13,041 nucleotides of DNA, taken from a virus. How positions within the stretch are numbered: the first letter of the stretch is position 1; every line of letters starts with the position of its first letter. Below are positions 6,903-13,041 of the stretch, in pieces. The notes below the pieces were generated by a model. The model saw only the letters and a list, made by a program, of their open reading frames with translations, was not told the origin of the DNA and ran no database searches. Position numbers and translations under genes: made by a program. The DNA lies in IMG/VR virus record IMGVR_UViG_3300044655_002620, positions 1 to 13,041 of that record. The stretch is one strand, 5' to 3'.

Positions 6903-8201
6903 TTAACTAGAACTACTTACTAGCAATGGTTCGAGGCTTGAATAGGCATAACCATCTGATTTCTGAAGTAGGCTCAGGCATTTTGGGTGAACGTCCATCT
7001 TATCCAATGTAAAACTCGGACGTTGCCGGATCGTAACCCGACCATAATGGGTTCCTTTGTGCTTACCTTTTGGAACTACAGCCTTAACATAATCCCCTGT
7101 TTTATACCCCATAAAACTCTTAATTCTTGCTTTATGGCATTTAGGAAAACCATACTTATCGGTTGTGACCCGTTGCCTTACCCCATGCCCTTTAGCTGAT
7201 ATTAATAAAGGTTTAACATCCTTAATAATCAGATTTTCGGGAGTAGAAGCACCAACGCAAGCCGCGTCAATCCAGTGAGCTTTAGGGAATTTTTGACGGC
7301 ATCGGTTAAACTTAGTCCGTCCCCCCGTCCCAACTTCTACAGGTAAGCCAGTCTCCTTCAATCGTTTGTACAAGCACCACCGAGTAGAGTTAACGGCGGC
7401 TGCATCTTTGAGAGGGGCTTTAACCCGTTTCAGGATTTTATTAAGCAATTCCTTCTTTTTAGAAAGGAAATCTTTAATGTCCTTAGCACCCTTTTTCTGA
7501 TTGCATTTATGGCAAGCGATCGCTAAATTAGAAACCCGATTACTCCCCCCTTTGGATCTGGGTATCAAGTGTTCAATCTCTAATCTGGTATCAACAGCGC
7601 CACAGTAAACGCATTGACGGTCAAACTTCTCCAAAAGGTATTCCCGAACTTCATACCCCGCTAACTCCCCTTGCTGATACTCGACACCGGAAACTTCTGG
7701 ATTCTCCATAATTTGAGTGTCGAACCGTACCAACTCTTGAGATATCGCAGAAATAGGAGCTAACTTTCTTAACCGATTAACCCAAGTGATCACATTTTCA
7801 ACCCGTGACATTAGACTCGGAGCTAACCAACCCTTAACCCGTGTGCGATTAAGAAAACGGGGTTGGCGGTATCTGGTTTTTCTACCTCGGCGACCCCTTC
7901 TTAAACTGCGTCGGGATTCCAGTGCATTCTTGATCACCATGCCACGATGTTGAATATCGGCGCCCCAAACAACTTCACCCGTGCCGTCGTTTACCAAGGC
8001 AATGCCAGTAAATTTAGAACCAGGATCTATCTTTAGCCTCAAATCTTCAGTTGAAGATTTGAGAGCATATTTTAGGATGATTGTAAAAGGTTGATGCCGA
8101 AAAACTGCGGCTTTCTTTTGAGTTAAAAGAATCCTAGCTTTTGCGGGTGAGATTGGATTTAATGGACGCTTTTCGGTATCCATCACAAATACTTTAGACA
8201 T
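6903..8201 (-). CDS. iscB: IscB RNA-guided nuclease (PLMP-like, split RuvC, HNH)
   Basis: PLNPISPAKARILLTQKKAAVFRHQPFTIIL; RuvC-I LKIDPGSKFTGIAL; RuvC-II ISQELVRFDTQ; HNH CVYCG...EIEHLIPRSKGGSNRVSNLAIACHKCNQKKG; RuvC-III HWIDAACVG. All catalytic motifs are present. Confidence 0.95.
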   Translation of the reverse strand: MSKVFVMDTEKRPLNPISPAKARILLTQKKAAVFRHQPFTIILKYALKSSTEDLRLKIDPGSKFTGIALVNDGTGEVVWGADIQHRGMVIKNALESRRSLRRGRRGRKTRYRQPRFLNRTRVKGWLAPSLMSRVENVITWVNRLRKLAPISAISQELVRFDTQIMENPEVSGVEYQQGELAGYEVREYLLEKFDRQCVYCGAVDTRLEIEHLIPRSKGGSNRVSNLAIACHKCNQKKGAKDIKDFLSKKKELLNKILKRVKAPLKDAAAVNSTRWCLYKRLKETGLPVEVGTGGRTKFNRCRQKFPKAHWIDAACVGASTPENLIIKDVKPLLISAKGHGVRQRVTTDKYGFPKCHKARIKSFMGYKTGDYVKAVVPKGKHKGTHYGRVTIRQRPSFTLDKMDVHPKCLSLLQKSDGYAYSSLEPLLVSSSS

Positions 8202-8209
8202 TTAAAAAT

Positions 8210-8453
8210 AACTCTTTCGAGCCTCCGATAAATCGGGTAATGTGTGCCTCGTCAATGTTATTGGGCGGTACTATCTAAGTGACACTGACTTAATTGCTGT
8301 ACATCTGTTTAATCACTTAGTTATAGAGCTTGGAACTGGCAACGCATCCCAAGGTATGAACTTAAACACTTCCCAATAACGTAGCTCAGTAAAGAGCTTA
8401 GACTGGTTAACTATTTACCAACAAACTACATTGGTAAACCTTGATTCTTGACT
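8210..8453 (-). ncRNA. omegaRNA-like guide/scaffold RNA of IscB
   Basis: Non-coding leader directly upstream of iscB. Stems: TTTACCAA/TTGGTAAA (8431-8438/8414-8421), long-range GTTATTGGG/CCCAATAAC (8372-8380/8257-8265), CTAAGTGA/TCACTTAG (8313-8320/8275-8282), CCGATTTATCGG (8225-8236), terminal CTC-GAAA-GAG (8212-8221). Own promoter upstream. Confidence 0.82.
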
Positions 8454-8459
8454 GTTTTC

Positions 8460-8488
8460 ATTATACACAAATAACGCAAAAAAAACAA
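8460..8488 (-). promoter_or_regulatory. Sigma70-like promoter for omegaRNA-iscB
   Basis: Minus-strand TTGTTT (8483-8488), 17-nt spacer, consensus TATAAT (8460-8465); predicted start near 8453. Confidence 0.65.
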
Positions 8489-8502
8489 GTTTATTTGTGT
8501 AT
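8463..8502. repeat. 12-bp perfect inverted repeat overlapping the omegaRNA promoter
   Basis: atacacaaataa (8463-8474) / ttatttgtgtat (8491-8502) with a 16-nt A-rich centre. Confidence 0.8.
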
Positions 8503-8512
8503 TTTTAAAAGG

Positions 8513-8956
8513 TCAAGAGCAAAAGCAATCGTCAACCTTGATAACTTCGATCTCGACACAAAGGGCTTTTAATCGCTCATAAGCCACCACCGGATCGGCT
8601 TCAAAATCAACCGGACTAGATCCGTCCATCGGCAAGTCTGACACCGCCCCCAATGGCTCATAAGCCCTTGATTTATTATTCCAAAAAAATACTCGGTTAA
8701 TATGTCGCTCTGCTGCTTCGGGGGTTTCCAAGAAACAATAGATCAACCCCGTAACAATTGCCTGCCGGACATCTGTTCTGAATCGCCGTTTGTCGAGCTT
8801 GACTGTCCACAATTCGGTCAATAGTTCCTCGTCGGTGGCAGCGTCGTACCAGAGACACTCACAAGAGAATGTGTGGAGGTCGTTGGCATGAATTTTTTGG
8901 GCGGGTTGAAATCCTTTTTTAGCGGGTTTGGTTTTGGCTTTAGTTGATGTTTTCAT
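8513..8956 (-). CDS. Hypothetical protein (147 aa)
   Basis: Complete ORF 2 nt downstream of the methyltransferase stop; MKTSTKAKTKPAKKGFQPAQKIHANDLHTFSCECLWYDAATDEELL.... Confidence 0.7.
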   Translation of the reverse strand: MKTSTKAKTKPAKKGFQPAQKIHANDLHTFSCECLWYDAATDEELLTELWTVKLDKRRFRTDVRQAIVTGLIYCFLETPEAAERHINRVFFWNNKSRAYEPLGAVSDLPMDGSSPVDFEADPVVAYERLKALCVEIEVIKVDDCFCS

Positions 8957-8958
8957 GG

Positions 8959-9993
8959 TTAGTTAATTGATTTTAAGATTGCTAAACCTAATTCTTTAGC
9001 CAATAACGGAGGCACGGCGTTTCCTATTATTTGTTGGCTTAAAGTTTTGGATTCTGGGAATTGATAGGAGTCGGGGAAAGTCTGAAGCCGTGCCGTCGCT
9101 TTCTGACTAATTCGTTTAATTTGGCTTCCCTGCACGATGTCCGCCCAGTGGGTATGCCGCCCCGATGCCATAGCTCGAATTGTTGGGCAGGGTTTGTTCT
9201 GCGGAGTCGGGAGAATATTCTTGATGCAAGCTCCCGCTCGGGGGATTAACAGGATAGGAGAATGCGAGTTAACATGACCACTCACAATAGTAAAACTTGG
9301 ATCGTTTGACTCCCGAACTGTAGCCTGTCTAATGAGTTGTTTCCCAATATCAATCAAGGCTTTTTCTGGTAAATAACCCAATTCATTTAGTCGCTTAATC
9401 TGCCAGTCTGCAAGCTCACAGTCCTGCATTTCTGGGATTAAATCAGTAATAGCTTGATACCATCCCTTTCTAGGCTTTGATTCGGGAAAATATGGGAGGG
9501 GTTCTGAGTTTTTGACCGCCCACATGATTAATCGTTTCCGGTTCTGTGGAACCCCATAATCCGCCGCGTCAAGAATCAACCAATGGTAGCGATATCCACA
9601 ATCAATTAGCGATCGCAATATCGCCTCAAATGTCGGCGATTTAGCATATCCTGGTACATTCTCAAGAACCACCCATCGAGGGTTAAGGGTTGCAATATAA
9701 TCACAACAATAAAGCCCCGCATCTTTATCTTTATGGTCAGGAATATCACCACGCCGCGCCATTGAATATTGCTGACATGGGGGACTCATCCAAAGCAAAT
9801 CAACCCGTTCCATGAGATGAGTGCGAATTTCACCGACGCAAGAATTAAATATTTTAGTATTAGGGAGATTTACTTGGGCAACTTTAGCAATTTTAGGATC
9901 TCGCTCAACTCCCCAAATAGACTTAAATCCTGCTGACTCTAGGCCTAAATCTGCGCCACCACCGCCTGTAAATAATGTTGCAAATGTTAGCAT
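8959..9993 (-). CDS. DNA (cytosine-5) methyltransferase, orphan
   Basis: Motif I FATLFTGGGGADLGLESAGF, motif IV SPPCQQYS, motif VI VLENV, motif VIII QNRKRLI, motif X GNAVPPLLA. ATG 9993 has an AGGAGG SD and a TAATG overlap, so it is preferred over the 10014 start. Confidence 0.93.
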   Translation of the reverse strand: MLTFATLFTGGGGADLGLESAGFKSIWGVERDPKIAKVAQVNLPNTKIFNSCVGEIRTHLMERVDLLWMSPPCQQYSMARRGDIPDHKDKDAGLYCCDYIATLNPRWVVLENVPGYAKSPTFEAILRSLIDCGYRYHWLILDAADYGVPQNRKRLIMWAVKNSEPLPYFPESKPRKGWYQAITDLIPEMQDCELADWQIKRLNELGYLPEKALIDIGKQLIRQATVRESNDPSFTIVSGHVNSHSPILLIPRAGACIKNILPTPQNKPCPTIRAMASGRHTHWADIVQGSQIKRISQKATARLQTFPDSYQFPESKTLSQQIIGNAVPPLLAKELGLAILKSIN

Positions 9994-10100
9994 TAGAAAT
10001 CCTCCTCTTCCCACAGTTGATCAACCCATTTATCGTAATCAACCTCGAATAATTCAAAGGTCTTATAATCTTTGGGTTCCGGTGTTTTTAAGTCTGTCAT
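9993..10100 (-). CDS. Micro-ORF (35 aa) coupled to the methyltransferase
   Basis: MTDLKTPEPKDYKTFELFEVDYDKWVDQLWEEEDF; AGGAGG 4 nt upstream of ATG; ATGA overlap with the upstream ORF and TAATG overlap with the MTase. Confidence 0.55.
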   Translation of the reverse strand: MTDLKTPEPKDYKTFELFEVDYDKWVDQLWEEEDF

Positions 10101-10561
10101 GCTACCTCCTCAACAAGAATGTCTTTTGCCAATAAGATCAATCCCCTTGAGGATATTTGGTTTAATTTTTCCCACCCAGCACACTGAAAACAATAGCCAG
10201 GATTTGTTGATTGAATTTTTTTGGGGTGAACATAGGTAAATTTTCTGGTTGATCCATAACGTTCATCCCATGCTTTTTCAGCTTTGAGAATGATTTCAGA
10301 GGACTTAATTGTTGATTCGTTCCGAAAAAGAATGCAACAAACCCCCGTTTGATTATCCTTTCGATATTTCTGTACATTCCAAACAAACAACCAACGCCCC
10401 ATAGGTTCCAGCAAAATCAATCTTTTTCCAGGCGGGGTAAATCTTTTTTGACAAATATTGCCTCGCCAAATTCGAGAATAATGACGATTAGCAATATCGG
10501 CAGCCAATGGGTTGCCGTCACGGACGACAACAAAATCATCAAAAGGAAGATACATTTGCAT
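10097..10561 (-). CDS. Conserved-looking hypothetical (154 aa), possibly GNAT/Mom-like
   Basis: ADIANRHYSRIWRGN...KAWDERYGSTRKFTYVHPKKIQSTNPGYCFQCAGWEKLNQISSRGLILLAK; the family idea is tentative. Confidence 0.7.
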   Translation of the reverse strand: MQMYLPFDDFVVVRDGNPLAADIANRHYSRIWRGNICQKRFTPPGKRLILLEPMGRWLFVWNVQKYRKDNQTGVCCILFRNESTIKSSEIILKAEKAWDERYGSTRKFTYVHPKKIQSTNPGYCFQCAGWEKLNQISSRGLILLAKDILVEEVA

Positions 10562-11139
10562 TAGAAATCCTCCTCAATAATTGTTAAGCCACAGCCGGGG
10601 AGGATTAAACTGGGATTGTTTGAAGCCATTAATTCAACCATTCCAGATGGTAAACAACGCCGGACTATTAATGTCCTGCTGTCTAAATTTCTGTCAGTAG
10701 TTTTGACGCGATCGCCTTCTTTAAAAACGTAATCACCCAACAATATTTGTTCCCCCCTGACCATCCGAACAAATAGCTTTATTTTGTCCGAGTCTAGGGA
10801 TTCTCGGACTCCACCCCATGCCCATTCAATTGTTATTTTATTTCTCCGACAATTAACAATCCGCCCAATATATCGAGGGTCGCTTTTAAGTTGGGCAATA
10901 TCGGTTTTTTTGAATGGACTTGAATCGGAAACTTCCTCAAAATCTAGGGTTTCCGATCTATGCAAATTCCCTGTTTTTTCGTTAGTTATTTGACAGGTTT
11001 GTTTTATTGAATTAAATCCCTCAACCCGCCAAGCTGTTCCCTTAATTAAATAGTTTGGGCGGTGTTTGTGAGGGTCAATTTCTACCCAGTCACCGACTTT
11101 TAAAAGTCTTTCAAATATCTTCTTGGTTGCTGCGGTCAT
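10561..11139 (-). CDS. Hypothetical protein (192 aa)
   Basis: Complete ORF; TAATG overlap with the downstream gene. Confidence 0.75.
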   Translation of the reverse strand: MTAATKKIFERLLKVGDWVEIDPHKHRPNYLIKGTAWRVEGFNSIKQTCQITNEKTGNLHRSETLDFEEVSDSSPFKKTDIAQLKSDPRYIGRIVNCRRNKITIEWAWGGVRESLDSDKIKLFVRMVRGEQILLGDYVFKEGDRVKTTDRNLDSRTLIVRRCLPSGMVELMASNNPSLILPGCGLTIIEEDF

Positions 11140-11143
11140 GGCG

Positions 11144-11572
11144 TTAATTAACCTCTTTTTTGTATTTTCGGGTCGGTGTTTCTAGGGCTTTCTTTAATGA
11201 CCACCCCCGTTGAAGTCTTTGAGCAAAATATTGGAGGGTCATCGGGGGGTTTTGGTTTTGGTAAATCCATTCGATGGTATGTTGTCTTCCCCTGAAATAA
11301 TAGGTTTTAAAAATGGGATTAGGGGGGATGATTTTGTCTTTAATCTCCTGGATTCTTTCTTCTGACAGTGGTTCGATTTCGTATCTGCCATAAGTTAGTG
11401 GTTTAATGATTCCAAACTTAAGAAACCGTTTTATTCTGGTATTTGCGTTTGGAATATTCAAATTAAACTTATCGCGCATTTCTTGAACTTTAAAGGAAGT
11501 TTTACCTTGTCTCTGTTGTTCGTAAAACCAATTGATAATACTTCCTAAGTCTTCCCAACCAAGTCTATCCAT
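11144..11572 (-). CDS. Hypothetical, possible winged-helix DNA-binding protein (142 aa)
   Basis: SFKVQEMRDKFNLNIPNANTRIKRFLKFGIIKPLTYGRYEI resembles a winged-helix fold; start abuts the dnaB stop. Confidence 0.65.
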   Translation of the reverse strand: MDRLGWEDLGSIINWFYEQQRQGKTSFKVQEMRDKFNLNIPNANTRIKRFLKFGIIKPLTYGRYEIEPLSEERIQEIKDKIIPPNPIFKTYYFRGRQHTIEWIYQNQNPPMTLQYFAQRLQRGWSLKKALETPTRKYKKEVN

Positions 11573-12889
11573 TTAGTTCATCCCCCGTACTAAATTTTTA
11601 AATTGGGTAAATTGAGAATCGAATAATAACTTAACTGTTCCGGTGGGGCCGTTGCGATGTTTGGCTAAAATTAACTCTGCAATTCCCTCGTCCGAAGTGT
11701 TAGGATTATAATAATCATCTCGATAGATCATCATTACTAAATCCGCATCCATCTCAATACTTCCCGACTCCCTCAAATCCGATAACATTGGGCGTTTATT
11801 AGTGCGCTGTTCAACGGCACGACTCAACTGAGATAAGGCAATTACGGGAACGTTTAAATCTTTTGCCATTCCCTTTAATCCCCGTGTAATTCTTGACAAT
11901 TCTTGCACCCGATTATCACTTCCTCCGTCCATTAATTGCAGATAATCTATTAGAATTAAGCCTAACTTTCCATCGTTATCGGCTTGCAATCTTCGAGCTT
12001 CAGAACGCATTTCGGTGATGGTAATATTCGAGGTGTCGTCAATATAAATCGGTAATTCTGCTAAGGAACTAATTGCGGTTGTCAAAGGTTCCCATTCCTC
12101 TTGCTGAATATTCCCTGCCCGTAGCCGCGTACTTTCAATTTTGGTTTCGCTCGATAATAGTCTTTGGACTAATTGACCTTTAGACATTTCTAAACTGAAG
12201 ACTGCAACAGGTAGCCCTTTTTTGGCAATGTTATATCCAAAATTTAAAGCCAAACTCGATTTGCCCATTGCAGGTCTTCCTGCCACAATAATTAAGTCGG
12301 TGTGTTGGAATCCTCCAGTCATAGCATCGAGGTCATAAAATCCAGAGGGAACGCCGGGGGGAATCTTGCTTTCGCTCCGGTCTTCAATTTCTTGAAAGGT
12401 ATCAATTAAAGTTTCACCAATTGAAACTAAACCCTGTTGTGATTTTGATTGGGAAATATTAGCAATTTGTTCCTCTGACTTTTGGAGAATTGTCTCTAAA
12501 GGTTGACTGGTATCTTCTGCTAATTCAATAATTTTATGGGCAGATTCAATCAGGTTTCTTCGAGTTTGCTTATCGGCAATTAACAGCCCGTATTGATCAA
12601 TATTAACTGCTGAAACTGTGCGGTCTAATAATTGGGTTAATCCTAATTGTCCCCCGGCTTTTTCAAGTAATTTCTGATCGGATAACCAGGTAGTGACGGT
12701 CATTAAATCCGTGGTTATTCCCTCGGAATGTAATGCTAAAGCTGCTTTGTAGATTGTTTGATGCGATCGCAGCGAAAAGGATTTAGCAGTTAGCGTTTCC
12801 GCAACTCGCCCCATAGCTTCGGGGTCTAAGAGAATCGCTCCCAAAACGGCTTGTTCTGCCTCAACGTTTTGCATGATTATTGTTTCCAT
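11573..12889 (-). CDS. dnaB: Replicative DNA helicase, DnaB family
   Basis: NVEAEQAVLGAILLDP, GRPAMGKSSLALNFGYN (Walker A), FSLEMSKGQLVQRLL, LILIDYLQLM (Walker B), VIALSQLSRAVEQR, EIAxLILAKHRNGPTGTVKL-like end. Confidence 0.96.
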   Translation of the reverse strand: METIIMQNVEAEQAVLGAILLDPEAMGRVAETLTAKSFSLRSHQTIYKAALALHSEGITTDLMTVTTWLSDQKLLEKAGGQLGLTQLLDRTVSAVNIDQYGLLIADKQTRRNLIESAHKIIELAEDTSQPLETILQKSEEQIANISQSKSQQGLVSIGETLIDTFQEIEDRSESKIPPGVPSGFYDLDAMTGGFQHTDLIIVAGRPAMGKSSLALNFGYNIAKKGLPVAVFSLEMSKGQLVQRLLSSETKIESTRLRAGNIQQEEWEPLTTAISSLAELPIYIDDTSNITITEMRSEARRLQADNDGKLGLILIDYLQLMDGGSDNRVQELSRITRGLKGMAKDLNVPVIALSQLSRAVEQRTNKRPMLSDLRESGSIEMDADLVMMIYRDDYYNPNTSDEGIAELILAKHRNGPTGTVKLLFDSQFTQFKNLVRGMN

Positions 12890-13041
12890 TATTTCGCTCC
12901 ATTTAAGTTTTTATTCATTTTTGTGGCGATCAGGTTATTTAGAAATTCCTGATTTTTTACCCGTTGTTCCTCTGAAAGTTCTGGCTTGAGTCCATTGGGT
13001 TTGAATTCCCGTTGCTCAGGGGGAATGATTTGCACTGGGCG
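12889..13041 (-). CDS. C-terminal end of an upstream gene (partial)
   Basis: Open frame from the window edge: RPVQIIPPEQREFKPNGLKPELSEEQRVKNQEFLNNLIATKMNKNLNGAK*, stop overlapping the dnaB start as TAATG. Confidence 0.6.
   Translation of the reverse strand, partial: RPVQIIPPEQREFKPNGLKPELSEEQRVKNQEFLNNLIATKMNKNLNGAK

Noticed and set aside
6987-7199. Track ORF 6987..7199(+)
   Set aside because: Antisense to the iscB C-terminal region.
5902-8201. Type V-K CAST, type II or other conventional CRISPR-Cas locus
   Set aside because: No Tns genes, no Cas12k and no cas1/cas2/csn2. The nuclease lacks the extended REC/PI regions of Cas9 and is IscB-sized (432 aa).
8439-8456. Repeat-like segment as a leftover from an IscB insertion inside the CRISPR array
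   Set aside because: The match is in inverted orientation relative to the array, so simple insertion cannot explain it without an additional inversion.
9061-10993. Track ORFs 9061..9249(+), 9821..10135(+), 10162..10386(-), 10349..10564(+), 10784..10993(+)
   Set aside because: All lie antisense or out of frame inside the coupled methyltransferase/154-aa/192-aa genes.

Overview
This 13-kb window looks like the replication/accessory region of a cyanobacterial mobile element (phage, prophage or integrative plasmid). Supporting markers are HIP1 GCGATCGC octamers, an NblA-like ORF, dTMP kinase, a tyrosine integrase beside the 3' half of a tRNA-Pro(GGG) gene (attP-like), a DnaB-type helicase and an orphan C5-cytosine methyltransferase in a tightly packed, translationally coupled minus-strand operon. 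The main find is a cas-less CRISPR array (12 intact 36-nt repeats plus one degenerate, 11 spacers; 5902-6804) directly downstream of an intact-looking IscB (RuvC+HNH nuclease, 6903-8201, minus). IscB is preceded by a structured omegaRNA-like leader (about 8210-8453) with its own sigma70-like promoter. The predicted 5' end of that ncRNA contains a 14-nt stretch (8441-8454) that matches the CRISPR repeat at 13/14 positions in inverse orientation. If the array is transcribed on the minus strand, this acts as an anti-repeat, and the single mismatch becomes a G-U wobble. The locus is therefore a candidate CRISPR-associated IscB with a split, tracrRNA-like omegaRNA. Three small ORFs below the 60-aa track cutoff (52, 54 and 35 aa), a 51-aa ribbon-helix-helix ORF and two edge-truncated ORFs were read by hand. 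No database searches or folding computations were run.
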